Positions 10,161 through 20,316 are shown, counted from the first letter of the stretch. The stretch is DNA of 64,000 bases from an uncultured virus (IMG/VR IMGVR_UViG_3300025669_002088) (IMGVR_UViG_3300025669_002088:1-64000), one strand, 5' to 3'. The notes: a model not told the origin generated them from the sequence alone. Numbers and translations: made by a program.

Positions 10161-10418
10161 CTACTCGGATGGGATAGAAAAGCGCACCGGCTCAGGAGGA
10201 TTGTCGTCCTCGGTCAGTTCCCAAAACCTGTAGGGGGCCTGGGAGTCATCATCCGTGTGGCTCACCCACCAAGTGTCAGGGTGTCCCTCTACTGGTTTCA
10301 AGACGACCCCGTGTGTTGCCCGGCGTTTGGCGAGACTGGCTTTGACAGCCACAATATCACAGGTGAGGTCGGGATTTGTCAGTACAGGTAAATCTGGCCT
10401 GATTGATGTGACGTTCAT
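10161..10418 (-). CDS. hypothetical protein
   Basis: TAATG overlap with the upstream gene. Confidence 0.55.
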   Translation of the reverse strand: MNVTSIRPDLPVLTNPDLTCDIVAVKASLAKRRATHGVVLKPVEGHPDTWWVSHTDDDSQAPYRFWELTEDDNPPEPVRFSIPSE

Positions 10419-11263
10419 TAGAAGAGCCACAGAACTTGGCCAGGTAGCGCCCCATGATAACCATCTCTGAAGCGGACATTTGCGGGTACTGGTTCCGGGG
10501 TCACCTGTCCGACCTTGATTGTGTAGGAACACGATCCCGTACAGGTGACGGCAAAATAGTTAGGAACGTGCGCCTGTCGTATCTCTACCAGCTCGTTATA
10601 GAGCACCTCGGGTGTCTGATGTCCCCCATACGGTAGTTCTTCCCAAGCAAAGAGCACCTTTCCTTTGTGGCGCACCTGCCCCAGGAAGACGGCTTGCTTG
10701 TGGGCCTGCAACCCTTTATAGATGCCACCCACGACGAGATCCTTGACCCGTAGCTTCCCACCACGGGGGAGCCGCCGTTGCGCCTCTACTTTCTCCAGAT
10801 CCTTGTAGAGGAGAGAGTTCATCGGGGCCAGTCGCATCGAAGATCCGAGCTTCACCCACCTGAACGGTCCCTCCAGGATCCCGTCCGGGGGAATCCCCTG
10901 GGTGAAGATGATGTAGAGGATCACATCCTCCCGCAGATCCACAAGGTGGTTTTCGGGGGTCATTACCTTCCAGGCACGTCCACCTTCCGCCCGGAGGTCA
11001 AGCCCCACGAGCTTCAGGTAGGGGATCGGGTCATTGTCCCGCAGGTCGAAGGTGGCGTCGTCGGCCCTGTCCACCACACCACCGACGTTACCCAACGTCC
11101 AGTAACGAGCGGTGGTGTCCTTTTTGGACTTGGCGTCAACGACCATGACGGGGGTGGCATGCACCATCCCCACGTACATCTGCTGCTCGATAGGTTCCCT
11201 GGCGAAGACTTTGAGCTTCTCCGGGATGCCCCCGCTGTTGCCTCTCTTGGCGTAGATGTTCAT
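10418..11263 (-). CDS. hypothetical protein
   Basis: Long ORF with GAGGAGGGG RBS. Confidence 0.7.
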   Translation of the reverse strand: MNIYAKRGNSGGIPEKLKVFAREPIEQQMYVGMVHATPVMVVDAKSKKDTTARYWTLGNVGGVVDRADDATFDLRDNDPIPYLKLVGLDLRAEGGRAWKVMTPENHLVDLREDVILYIIFTQGIPPDGILEGPFRWVKLGSSMRLAPMNSLLYKDLEKVEAQRRLPRGGKLRVKDLVVGGIYKGLQAHKQAVFLGQVRHKGKVLFAWEELPYGGHQTPEVLYNELVEIRQAHVPNYFAVTCTGSCSYTIKVGQVTPEPVPANVRFRDGYHGALPGQVLWLF

Positions 11264-11273
11264 ATCCCCCTCC

Positions 11274-12146
11274 TCAGCACCAGTAGGCATAGAGCAGCGG
11301 CCTCAACTGATCGAGGAAAGCCGCAGGGTCGATCACACAGTCCAACCACAAGACCAGGGCCACCACGGTCATTGGCAGGGGTGGGCGGAAGTCCCGCTTC
11401 AGGTGCCGTAGGAGGGCTCCTGTGGCCATAGGTCCGTATAGGTCGTCCCCTCGTACCCTTGGACCCCTCCGGACCCCTGTAAGGTAGGAGTAGGTCGAGT
11501 CACAGAGCTTCACCGGCCCCAACTCGTCCACGATGTTCCCCAATTCATCCGGCGAGGGCACGGGGGCGGTGGGATCCAACCTGAAACTCCGTGCTGGTTT
11601 GCGGAACCGGATGCGGAAGCCGTTGTAGGGATAGATGCCGGATTGCCTGAGGCGACGCACCCTCGTCTGTTGTCCGTGCCACTGGGACTCCTCGACCCAA
11701 TCCAGGGTGTTGTCCCTGCGGTGCCACTGGGTGGAGCACTCAGGTGGGACGAACATCAGCACCTGGGGATCGCCACCCTCCGTTTCATGGATGAAACACT
11801 GTTCCGGTGCCACCCCGAACATCCGCTGGGGATCACGCTCCAGCATCTGTTCAATCATCTGGATGTCCCACTGGAAGCTGTGCCCCGAGATCGCACGGGG
11901 ATCCTCCCTGCGGTGAAGCTCGATGATGTCAGCCTTGTTCCGTTGCATCCAGGACATGAAATCCTGAAGGCTCGTGGCACACCGCTCCTCGGCGGTAGCG
12001 GCGAGCTTCTCCCAGTCTAGCCGGGGGTCCAACATCGTTGGATTGAGGGTGTCGGGGGAATCGATCTTCAGGTTGGTGATCCCGTAGCCGACAGTTTTGT
12101 GGACCCGGATACCCATCAGATCTCCCCGATCTTTGCCGCCAGCCAC
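11274..12146 (-). CDS. hypothetical protein
   Basis: 290-aa ORF in the operon; true start may be 12116. Confidence 0.65.
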   Translation of the reverse strand: MAGGKDRGDLMGIRVHKTVGYGITNLKIDSPDTLNPTMLDPRLDWEKLAATAEERCATSLQDFMSWMQRNKADIIELHRREDPRAISGHSFQWDIQMIEQMLERDPQRMFGVAPEQCFIHETEGGDPQVLMFVPPECSTQWHRRDNTLDWVEESQWHGQQTRVRRLRQSGIYPYNGFRIRFRKPARSFRLDPTAPVPSPDELGNIVDELGPVKLCDSTYSYLTGVRRGPRVRGDDLYGPMATGALLRHLKRDFRPPLPMTVVALVLWLDCVIDPAAFLDQLRPLLYAYWC

Positions 12147-12490
12147 CGGGCCATATTCCAGCCCACCTCGGTGGGTTCAAATCGAGCCGTGGGGGAGAAG
12201 TGTTCCGTGTTTTCCGAGAAGTGAGGGTCGATCTTCCCCTGTCGGAGCAACTGTGCCAGGGTCACGTTCAGGAACAGGAGCACCTTGCGGCCCTCGTAGT
12301 TGGTGCAGTCCAGGTACTCGATCTCGATGATCAACGCCCCTGGGTGGTCTTCATCCCAACGCAGGACTTTGTAGCGGGACGGGTCAGGGTTGGGGAGAGG
12401 AGGCGCAGGGGTTGAGGGTTGGGGGCAACAGCCGCCACGGGGTTTGTCAAAGGAACTCATGCTGTTACTGAACCCAATGTGAAGACCCAT
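12116..12490 (-). CDS. conserved phage hypothetical protein
   Basis: PNPDP..YLDCTNYEGRKVL..IDPHF..SPTARFEPTEVGW pattern. Confidence 0.65.
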   Translation of the reverse strand: MGLHIGFSNSMSSFDKPRGGCCPQPSTPAPPLPNPDPSRYKVLRWDEDHPGALIIEIEYLDCTNYEGRKVLLFLNVTLAQLLRQGKIDPHFSENTEHFSPTARFEPTEVGWNMARWLAAKIGEI

Positions 12491-12663
12491 CTAAAACCTC
12501 TCGATGAAGACGTGTGTGACGGTGATCCGCCGCACCAATCCTCTTTGAGCGTCCCTGACCTTTCCCGTTTCAGAGAAGCGTATCACCTCATCTACTCGAA
12601 GCCTGCCTTTGATGATCAAAACACGCTGCGTGGAGTGGGTTCCGACCTTGGCTATTATCCATT

Positions 12664-13377
12664 TCAAGGGGCTTCACCGATGGCCTCCTGCTGGAGCTTG
12701 TCCAGGTTGAGTACCAGCCCGCAGCGGTTGCATCTCATGTCGCAGAGGTTGCGGGTCACGGTCTCGGGGCTGTCCCACACGGTCCCGATAGGGTGGCACG
12801 AGGATGCTTCCCCGGCGACCACGGTGCCGTCCGGATTGATAGAGGGCGTACAGAACTTCCCCAGACCCCAGAGGTATGCCAGCGCCTGCCCCACGTTCCC
12901 GAAAGATCGGGCACAGCTTCGAAGGTTGAAGCAGTAAGGGGTGAGCCGGTTGCACAGGAGCTTATTGGTCAAAGCCCGCCCGAAGGGGGCAACCTGTCGG
13001 ATCTGGTTTTCGTATTTGACCTTGGGGTGGGGGAACACCTTGATCGTGTCGGGGTAGAATCGGGGATCGTTGGTGACCTGGACACCCCACACCTGGGGAA
13101 GCACCTGCTCCCGTAGTTCCTCATTGGCCAAGAAGAGTCCGTTGGACATCAGAAGCACCTTCAGCCCCATCGTGTTGGCGACACTCAGGAAGGTCAACAG
13201 ATTGGGGTTCTCCGTGGGCTCCCCGCCGCTCAGGAACACCACGGGGGCGTCCAGACTGCGAAGGAAGTTCAGGGCCATTAGGTACGTGTTGAAGGCCATG
13301 TGCGCCCCGTTGTGGCTGGCCTCAATCAGGCAGTGGGTGCAGCCCATCGTGCAGCAGTTGGTGATTCGGATCAGCAA
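12664..13377 (-). CDS. radical SAM protein
   Basis: CxxxCxxC (CTMGCTHC), LSGGEPT, MSNG, Cys-rich C-terminus; AGGAGG RBS. Confidence 0.85.
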   Translation of the reverse strand: MLIRITNCCTMGCTHCLIEASHNGAHMAFNTYLMALNFLRSLDAPVVFLSGGEPTENPNLLTFLSVANTMGLKVLLMSNGLFLANEELREQVLPQVWGVQVTNDPRFYPDTIKVFPHPKVKYENQIRQVAPFGRALTNKLLCNRLTPYCFNLRSCARSFGNVGQALAYLWGLGKFCTPSINPDGTVVAGEASSCHPIGTVWDSPETVTRNLCDMRCNRCGLVLNLDKLQQEAIGEAP

Positions 13378-13415
13378 AGTTACCTCCTAAAGAGGGGTTT
13401 CCGTTGTGTTGCACA

Positions 13416-13646
13416 TCACGCTTCCCTTAACCGTTCACCCGCTTCATACAGGATAATGCCTCGTCGGTCGTCCCACTCTATGTCCAACGCCATCGTTAAC
13501 AGGATGTCAGCTAGTAGCGTGTTTGGGACAGCCCCCAAGAACGGTGGGTCTATCGTTTTGTCCAGCCATCCTCGTATGCGTTTCTCTTGCAAAGGTTCTA
13601 ACGGAAACCGCCCCAAAAGTACCAGCATTTCTTTGACCGTTGCCAT
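13416..13646 (-). CDS. hypothetical protein
   Basis: Coupled small ORF. Confidence 0.5.
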   Translation of the reverse strand: MATVKEMLVLLGRFPLEPLQEKRIRGWLDKTIDPPFLGAVPNTLLADILLTMALDIEWDDRRGIILYEAGERLREA

Positions 13647-13966
13647 TAGCAGCTTCCTTTTGGCTGTATGGCCCCGGCCCTCACGGAAACGTCCTGGCCG
13701 TCCAGCGAAAGGGTCACGGCCCCACCCTCACAGAGGCGGCAAAGGAGTTTGTTGGCGTCTTTGACGTAGATGGGGATGCCTGTAATCGCCCGGAACACCA
13801 CGAACCCTTTCCGAGTCTGGCGGTCCTCCTGGTGGTATCTCTCCTGAACCAATCTGGACTCATCGAGGGGTTCCCATTTGGGATGGCCATAGCCAGGAGC
13901 GAACTGACTGACGGAACGAGGGATGAAGTCCCCGATGGAAATCGTATGTTTAGGGAAGCCCGTCAT
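13646..13966 (-). CDS. hypothetical protein
   Basis: ATGA-coupled ORF. Confidence 0.5.
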   Translation of the reverse strand: MTGFPKHTISIGDFIPRSVSQFAPGYGHPKWEPLDESRLVQERYHQEDRQTRKGFVVFRAITGIPIYVKDANKLLCRLCEGGAVTLSLDGQDVSVRAGAIQPKGSC

Positions 13967-14328
13967 GTGTTTATAGTCCTGTGATAACGGATCTCACAAG
14001 CAGCCACAGCGTCCGCACCCGTATTGTAGCCTTCGAACTCTCTAACCGTATTGAGCCCGCAAGTCCAGTGCTTCCCTACGTTGCAGATCATCCCCACGTG
14101 CCTGTGTCCTTCCAGCACAATGTATGCTTCCTGAGTGTCCTCCTGCCAAGCTCCCGTTTCCGAAGTACCCTCGAAGGACACGGGACGAAGATGGTAACGA
14201 TCAGGCAACTTGGGACGAGACCCCGAAAGCACAGAGCGTGTCAACGCTTTTACTTTGCGCTGGTAGCGGACAACCTCGAACAGGCCAAGGATCAGGAAGG
14301 CAATGCCAACAACGACATAGGCATTCAT
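13963..14328 (-). CDS. hypothetical membrane-anchored protein
   Basis: N-terminal hydrophobic helix; coupled to the upstream gene. Confidence 0.55.
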   Translation of the reverse strand: MNAYVVVGIAFLILGLFEVVRYQRKVKALTRSVLSGSRPKLPDRYHLRPVSFEGTSETGAWQEDTQEAYIVLEGHRHVGMICNVGKHWTCGLNTVREFEGYNTGADAVAACEIRYHRTINT

Positions 14329-14555
14329 CACTCTACCTCCCAACCGGGCTGGACCCACATGACCTCGTTGCGTTCCTTCACGATGACTTTGCAGATTTCG
14401 TCATCGGCGGACATCTTGATCCCGTCACGGGAACAGCCGACCACTTCCTTCGTGGCGGTGTCCTTGTAAACGGTCGGGACGTCGGACAGGACGAACAGTA
14501 GAGCGACAAAGGCGAACGCCGCCAGGATACCAAGGGTACGAAGGGGATGTTTCAT
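14328..14555 (-). CDS. small membrane protein
   Basis: GGAGG RBS; first gene after the promoter motif at 14578..14605. Confidence 0.6.
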   Translation of the reverse strand: MKHPLRTLGILAAFAFVALLFVLSDVPTVYKDTATKEVVGCSRDGIKMSADDEICKVIVKERNEVMWVQPGWEVE

Positions 14556-14577
14556 TTTGTTATGCCTCCTACCCTGT

Positions 14578-16320
14578 CTACTCAGGGGTCGGCTCAGATG
14601 ATCCCTCATCATCACCCCACAGATCTTGGAACGTTTGTTGGTCCCAAACCCTGTCGTTATCCTTCTTGCGTAAAATGTAAATTGGATCCGGGAGTGGAAC
14701 ATACTCTTCCCGAGGGCGGTAGAGGGGTAACAAAGGCTTCTTCCCCCTCTCATAGTCGTCCCAGGACAAAACCTGGATCCGGGGACACCTCGGATTAGGA
14801 GAAACCGGAAGAGCGTCGTTGGTTTCCTTCAGATACCGTGCATCTGAATCATTCATGGGATACAGGCTGTAGGTTACGAAATAGGGTGGACGAGAACGCA
14901 CACCACGGATCAAACCGTCCTCTAACTTGGCACGAGCCTTCCCAATCTTATTCTGAAGTGACCCGGTCTGTGCCGTGATGTCCACCCAGGCCAGTAAAGT
15001 CCCGTCCTCCCTGTACAACCTTCCGTCTTTACCCCCATCAGCACCAAGGGAGTCTGATCCCTCCGCCTCCAATAAAGCCACCCACACTTGTTCCAGTTTT
15101 TTATGTCCCTTCAACCCTTTGAGCACCTTGCTGTTGAAGGCTGGATTGGTGCTCAATTTATGCGCTCCGGCGTAGGTGCGAGGTGACCCGGTCAATTCGA
15201 TTTTGTCTAACGCAGGTGACTCAGGAAAAGCCTTCGTCAGACGCTCCAATGCAAACTCCGGGAAGTGGATGTTCACATCGGAGACCCAGAACCGGCGGTT
15301 TGTTCTCATCGCAGCCACCGCCGTTGTTCCTGTTCCTCCAAAGGGATCGATAACCAGATCGCCTTCTTTGGTGGTGGCTTTAATGAGGGCCTCCACCAGA
15401 GCTTCCGGTTTCTGTGTACTATTGGCCCATTTGCCTTTCACTTTTTCTTTGGGTGTGAGGAAAAGGTTATCCCAAAAATGGGATGCATTTTTAAGGATGC
15501 CCCCGTCGCCCACGTAAACCTTCTTCCAGGGACGCCGGTAGATCCCTCCGTCCTTTGCCTTACTGTCCGTGTAGTCCAACAGCCCTTGATCCTCGTACTC
15601 TTGCATCGTTTTCCGGGTGATGCCCCTGATGCATTTGTACCCCGTCCATTCATAGGTATAGGCGGGATGTCCTCCGATCAGGTCCGAGCGTGTGTACTCT
15701 CCAATTGCGTCCGTGTAGGTTTGCCTTCGGCACTTTAGGGGGATCTGATGGCTCTCCCAATAGGGTTTGGCTCCCCCCTTCCAGATCACTGTCAACGTGT
15801 CCACGCAACGTCCCTGCCACTGGGTGTTGGGGCGTTCCTTAGAGGTTCTTCTCCAGTAGATGGGCTCTGCTGGGGTGTTGAAAATATAACGGCAGAGGGT
15901 GTGTATGGTAGTCCCGAACTTGTCATCCGCATGGAAGATCAAAGCGTGACCGGGTCTCAGTGCCCGGTGGGACTTCCAGATGATATAGGCCACATTGATC
16001 AGAAAGGCCCATTCTGAATTGGGCCTTAGTACCTTCTCCATCTCAAGGAAGTCCAGTAGGCCCGTACACTTTTGAAGGGCCTTTTCTGCTCTCACTGTTT
16101 CCTCCGAGGCCATTTTGGACAAGGCGCTAAAAGCCTTGTTCTGAGCTTCGTCCGCTCCCTCTAACCCATAAACAGGGTTAAGGGTGTACGGTGGATCCAG
16201 GTAGATGCACCCCGCTACATTCTCGGGCGTTAACAGAGGGGACAGAACGTCCCCAACATGACCGAAACCGAGCCAATTGCCATCATCGTAAAGCATTTTG
16301 AGCACCTCCTTTTCAGACAC
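14578..16320 (-). CDS. N6-adenine/N4-cytosine DNA methyltransferase (beta class) with an extra C-terminal domain
   Basis: IYLDPPY precedes TQKPEAL..DPFGGTGTT; C-terminal GADGGKDG segment. Confidence 0.88.
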   Translation of the reverse strand: MSEKEVLKMLYDDGNWLGFGHVGDVLSPLLTPENVAGCIYLDPPYTLNPVYGLEGADEAQNKAFSALSKMASEETVRAEKALQKCTGLLDFLEMEKVLRPNSEWAFLINVAYIIWKSHRALRPGHALIFHADDKFGTTIHTLCRYIFNTPAEPIYWRRTSKERPNTQWQGRCVDTLTVIWKGGAKPYWESHQIPLKCRRQTYTDAIGEYTRSDLIGGHPAYTYEWTGYKCIRGITRKTMQEYEDQGLLDYTDSKAKDGGIYRRPWKKVYVGDGGILKNASHFWDNLFLTPKEKVKGKWANSTQKPEALVEALIKATTKEGDLVIDPFGGTGTTAVAAMRTNRRFWVSDVNIHFPEFALERLTKAFPESPALDKIELTGSPRTYAGAHKLSTNPAFNSKVLKGLKGHKKLEQVWVALLEAEGSDSLGADGGKDGRLYREDGTLLAWVDITAQTGSLQNKIGKARAKLEDGLIRGVRSRPPYFVTYSLYPMNDSDARYLKETNDALPVSPNPRCPRIQVLSWDDYERGKKPLLPLYRPREEYVPLPDPIYILRKKDNDRVWDQQTFQDLWGDDEGSSEPTPE

Positions 16321-16437
16321 TTCTACCCCAACGGGTGTGAAAGGAACGGAAAACCAGCGCTTTGGGTGGCTGTGTTAGGAGGCGGGAGGTACCTTCCGAC
16401 CCGGACCCCAGATGCCGTGCTCAAATCCCGTGGTGCT

Positions 16438-16842
16438 TTACGAGCCCGTATGGTCCCACACACCGTCGCCCAGGTATGTGATGTCGTCCCAGATCGTGCC
16501 ATGGGATTTTCCCACGTCGGTACTGAAACTGTAGATCATCACGGTGCCATCGTTCAGTCGGCAATAGGAGTTGGTCTTTCTGCCCACGAAAGTGCTCAGT
16601 TTAGAGCTTTCCGCCAGGGCCGAAAACCAGAAGGATCTCTGATCAGTCCTATTTCGCATGGGGGTAATCTCCTCTTTGTTGAAGACCGCTGCATCGCAGA
16701 GGGGCTCGAAGAAGCCACCCTCGGACAGTGGTTTGCAAGCGTATTGATCTGGATCTGCCGGAGTCCCTCTGTTCCATTCCGCTGCACAATGGAGAACGTG
16801 CTTGCAGTCCTTACAACGGAGTAGGTCCTTTCGGGACGACAT
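16438..16842 (-). CDS. hypothetical Cys-rich protein
   Basis: TGATG coupling; CKDCKH..C. Confidence 0.55.
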   Translation of the reverse strand: MSSRKDLLRCKDCKHVLHCAAEWNRGTPADPDQYACKPLSEGGFFEPLCDAAVFNKEEITPMRNRTDQRSFWFSALAESSKLSTFVGRKTNSYCRLNDGTVMIYSFSTDVGKSHGTIWDDITYLGDGVWDHTGS

Positions 16843-17246
16843 CACTCCTCGACCTGAACGATGATGACCTTCGCCACGTTGCCCATGGGGAAGGTTTCCT
16901 TCAGGGCCTTGTGCGGACCACGAGCCGGGACCAACACCTCGATGTGGTGCTCCGAGAAGGAGATCAGCGTACCACGGGCACCCGTCGCCCCAGGCCCCTT
17001 GGTCCGGGGGACCACCTCGACGGTGTCGCCCCGCCTGTAGGACACGCAGGTGCTGTATATGGACTTCGAGGGCAGGCTGTCTTTGAGGACCTGGATCAGG
17101 GCCGGTCTCAGTATGTCCCCGAGGATGGTGGCGAAGTGTTTCGTCAGCGTCTTCATCCGTTCCTCGGGGTACCCCCCGAAGATGTCCCACACGGCCCTGC
17201 TAACCCCCGTCCTCACGAGGTCTTTCTGGTCTTCCATCGACAACAT
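16842..17246 (-). CDS. hypothetical protein
   Basis: AAGGAG RBS; downstream of rtcB. Confidence 0.6.
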   Translation of the reverse strand: MLSMEDQKDLVRTGVSRAVWDIFGGYPEERMKTLTKHFATILGDILRPALIQVLKDSLPSKSIYSTCVSYRRGDTVEVVPRTKGPGATGARGTLISFSEHHIEVLVPARGPHKALKETFPMGNVAKVIIVQVEE

Positions 17247-17267
17247 AGCGACGCTCCTTCGGGGCTG

Positions 17268-18440
17268 TTACGCCCCTGCCTTGAAGTTGTAGACCGGCTT
17301 CAACCGGGCCTTGATTTCGACCGTGTCCCCGATGCAGTCCTCAACGGTCTGCGAGTCCTTATATGCCATCGGAGCTTCATCCAAGGTTTTCCGGGTCACA
17401 CAGGAGGTCCAAACGTCCTTCATCGTGTCCCTGAATTCCTCCAGGGACAACTCCCGCTTGGCCCTTCCCCGAGCCATCTTCCGTCCGGCCCCGTGGGGTG
17501 CCGAGTTGTTCCAGTCCTCGTTACCTTTGCCTTCGCCCAAAATACACCCATCCCGCATATTCCAGGGTATGATGAGTTCTTCCCCTGCCTTGGCCGAGAT
17601 GGCACCCTTGCGGATGATGTCGTCGTTCCCGATGAAGTTGTGTACCGATGTGACCATTTCCAGGTCTGCCAGTTTCAACCCGAAAAAGCGTACCAGTTCT
17701 GTAGCCATCACCAAACGGTTCAGGGCTGCCAACTGTTGGGCCAGACGCATTTCACGAAGATAGGACCGAGCGTCATCTCCAGTCAGCCAAGCGAGACCAC
17801 CCCAGGAACCCAACTTGGTCTTGGCAACATTTTGATGCTTCTCAGCTACCCGTAGACCGAAATTCCGGGAACCGGAATGGATAATCAGCCAAACATCTGC
17901 ACCGTCCTTTTCCTGATCCAGTTCTAAGAAGTGGTTCCCTGACCCCAAAGAACCAAGAGAATGCCACACCTTACTCCCATCTCCTCGGGCACTCCAGTCC
18001 ACATCATTCACGGTGTCCTGAAAATCAGACCAGGAAGGGCCTCTCCCCAAGTAGTGTTTGAACAAGTATGGGAGGTCTTTGGACACCTCTGTTCGGTTCC
18101 GAAACCCCGAAGGGACATGGGTTCGCAAATGCTTATCGAAAGCTTCGAAATCAGTCTGATCTTTGGTTGTGCCCGTTAACCGAACAGCGTTTACGCCGCA
18201 CCCAATATCGACCCCAACAAGAGAGGGCACAACAGCCAAGTCCTCCTCATCCAGGGGGCAGGTGAATCCGATCACACAACCAAAGCCTGCGTGATGATCG
18301 GGCATGATCCTCACTTTGGCCCCCGCAAAAGCGGGGAGATCCAAGAGTGCGTAGATCTGCTGAGCCTCCAATTGATCTGGGTAGTCCCCGTAAACAACAG
18401 CCGTTGTCCGGCCTCCCTGAATGGTGTGTCCTATACTCAT
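17268..18440 (-). CDS. rtcB: RtcB RNA ligase
   Basis: IMPDHHAG, VGVDIGCG, GSGNHFLE, IHSGSRNFG, HN, RKGA, SAPHGAGR, DEAPMAYK. Confidence 0.95.
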   Translation of the reverse strand: MSIGHTIQGGRTTAVVYGDYPDQLEAQQIYALLDLPAFAGAKVRIMPDHHAGFGCVIGFTCPLDEEDLAVVPSLVGVDIGCGVNAVRLTGTTKDQTDFEAFDKHLRTHVPSGFRNRTEVSKDLPYLFKHYLGRGPSWSDFQDTVNDVDWSARGDGSKVWHSLGSLGSGNHFLELDQEKDGADVWLIIHSGSRNFGLRVAEKHQNVAKTKLGSWGGLAWLTGDDARSYLREMRLAQQLAALNRLVMATELVRFFGLKLADLEMVTSVHNFIGNDDIIRKGAISAKAGEELIIPWNMRDGCILGEGKGNEDWNNSAPHGAGRKMARGRAKRELSLEEFRDTMKDVWTSCVTRKTLDEAPMAYKDSQTVEDCIGDTVEIKARLKPVYNFKAGA

Positions 18441-18461
18441 TAAACCCTCCGTCACAAGGGT

Positions 18462-19274
18462 CTACTCAAGTGGGACCACGGATGATCCCACTTGGTGTTT
18501 TAAACGCCAAGCACGGGCAGTGACACTTTTTTCTGTTCTCCCAAGCCGTTGTGCCGCTACATAAGGGAGTTCGGCCCAAACAACGGCATCTTCTTCCGGG
18601 GTCCACCTTTTGTAGGGTGGCCTTTGTCGCATTTCAGGAGGTCTCTGCCAAAGTAGGACAGTGGCTGATGCCTTCTGTTTGCGCTCTAAGGCCAATGCTC
18701 CTGGATAATAAAAGGCTTGCACCAAGGACTGAGCATCCTCCTTCAAGTACATTATATTGAACATGTTGTCTCTTTTGTTAGGCTGTAATTTTCGGGGCTT
18801 ACCCGTGATGGCTTGACAAAAACTCATGAAGGCGGCAGCGATGTGGGGGCTTTTCGTGCCGAAACTGACAAAAGGAAAACCTTTTCCTGTGATGCCTACG
18901 GATCCATCTGCATCAAGCCACCCCCGAAAATAGTCAGAAGCAGAAAAGGGGGTCTCGGGGGTTTTTACAGAGGTAGACTTTTTACCCGCAGGAAGTCCTA
19001 ATCTCTGCAACTCCTTTCTGAAATGCCAATTGGACACCCTGAGGCTACAGGACTCATAACCCTGTTTGAAGTTTGTGTCCCGGCAACGTGTAGACACACT
19101 AGAGTAAAAAGGGATGAGCTTCTGAAAGGCACACAAAAGAGGCTTATCCGAAATCTGAAGTTCGATTGTTAATTTGCCCTTGTTACCTGGACCTTGCCAC
19201 AGGTGGCCGTCTGCCTGTGTAAAACCGAAAAAGTAGGCCCATTGGGGATCCCTGAGATCAATGTTGTAAGTCAT
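18462..19274 (-). CDS. free-standing double-motif LAGLIDADG endonuclease with C-terminal HTH/Myb-like tail
   Basis: YFFGFTQADG and YFRGWLDADG; tail WTPEED..RLGRT. Confidence 0.85.
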   Translation of the reverse strand: MTYNIDLRDPQWAYFFGFTQADGHLWQGPGNKGKLTIELQISDKPLLCAFQKLIPFYSSVSTRCRDTNFKQGYESCSLRVSNWHFRKELQRLGLPAGKKSTSVKTPETPFSASDYFRGWLDADGSVGITGKGFPFVSFGTKSPHIAAAFMSFCQAITGKPRKLQPNKRDNMFNIMYLKEDAQSLVQAFYYPGALALERKQKASATVLLWQRPPEMRQRPPYKRWTPEEDAVVWAELPYVAAQRLGRTEKSVTARAWRLKHQVGSSVVPLE

Positions 19275-19386
19275 GGTGACAACCTCCTGTCACCATTTCC
19301 TTGTGGATAGCCATTTTATTGAGATGCCTTTAGGACCCGTTCCCTGTTGTAGAACGCTGCAGTGGGGAATGGGACTATGGGGTCCG

Positions 19387-20316
19387 CTAACGGACGCAGC
19401 GTGTGCCGATACCGTCGTTGTCTATGTAAACACCGTTGACGCTGGCCTCTAGGAAATTCACGGACCAGGCATACAGATCACTGCCCGCCATCATAGCCGA
19501 AGACCAGTAGGAGGTGCAGCCCCCCTCCATCTCTTCCGGCCAATAGCAGCCCCCTTCTCCGGGGCCGTCCTTCCAGGAGCAGCCAGCGCACTGGTCTCCG
19601 TCATCGCAAAAGACGTCAAGGCAACCATCCTCCTCAACTTCGCAGCTATCACTTCCAAGTTCTGTGTCCGCACAGCCCCGGATCAAACTCCTAAACTCCG
19701 AGATCGTTGGTAGCCGCCAACCTGCACCCTCACCCGCACAGTGCTCCGACGCCCCAGCCCAGGACAGAGCCACAGAGGCAGAGAGCTTTGTCTCCCAGGT
19801 CAGCCCCGTTGCGGAGTCCATCCAAGTACCGTCATCCTGAATCCCCCGATGGTCGGGCTCGTAACAAATACAGACCTCGTAAAACCCATCAGACCCACAT
19901 TGTTGTAGTCCCGCTAGGGCACCGGGACAGGGGCAGGCTATTGTCTCTCCCTGCGAACAAGGACAAGCGCATGTCGTGTAAAAGAACCCGTCAAGATTGC
20001 ACGTTTGATCGGACATATAGCCGTCACTACACACACAGGATTGAGACACCCCCGGAATACACTGTGGGAAACGGGGCTCCTCAACGCAGAAGAAACCCAC
20101 GCACACGTAGTCGCTGTCGCAGTCCGACGTCTTCGTGCAACTCTCCTTCTGATTGACCTCGGGTTCAGGCTCCTCGCAGACAAGGTCCACACAGATCAGA
20201 CCGCTGTCACAGTCATCCGTCCTCGTGCAGCTCTCTCCTTCGCCACTTGTGCGGCCCACCTCCTCGTCACAAGACGTGAAAGCCAACAGAGCCAACAGCA
20301 CAACCAGATACCTCAT
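19387..20316 (-). CDS. Cys-rich lipoprotein with a DUF1566 (Lcl)-like C-terminal domain
   Basis: Lipobox LAFTSC; repeats ESCTxTxDCDS; DSATGLTWE..W..A..HC..GWRLPTISE..YWSS..RCVR. Confidence 0.8.
   Translation of the reverse strand: MRYLVVLLALLAFTSCDEEVGRTSGEGESCTRTDDCDSGLICVDLVCEEPEPEVNQKESCTKTSDCDSDYVCVGFFCVEEPRFPQCIPGVSQSCVCSDGYMSDQTCNLDGFFYTTCACPCSQGETIACPCPGALAGLQQCGSDGFYEVCICYEPDHRGIQDDGTWMDSATGLTWETKLSASVALSWAGASEHCAGEGAGWRLPTISEFRSLIRGCADTELGSDSCEVEEDGCLDVFCDDGDQCAGCSWKDGPGEGGCYWPEEMEGGCTSYWSSAMMAGSDLYAWSVNFLEASVNGVYIDNDGIGTRCVR

Noticed and set aside
16728..17855. Long opposite-strand ORFs (e.g. 16728..17855, 26919..27872, 41485..42603, 58724..60640)
   Set aside because: They are shadows of well-supported genes in GC-rich DNA and have no motifs.
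18462..19274. LAGLIDADG ORF as part of an intron or intein in rtcB
   Set aside because: rtcB is intact with its own promoter and RBS; the endonuclease has its own RBS and no intein termini.
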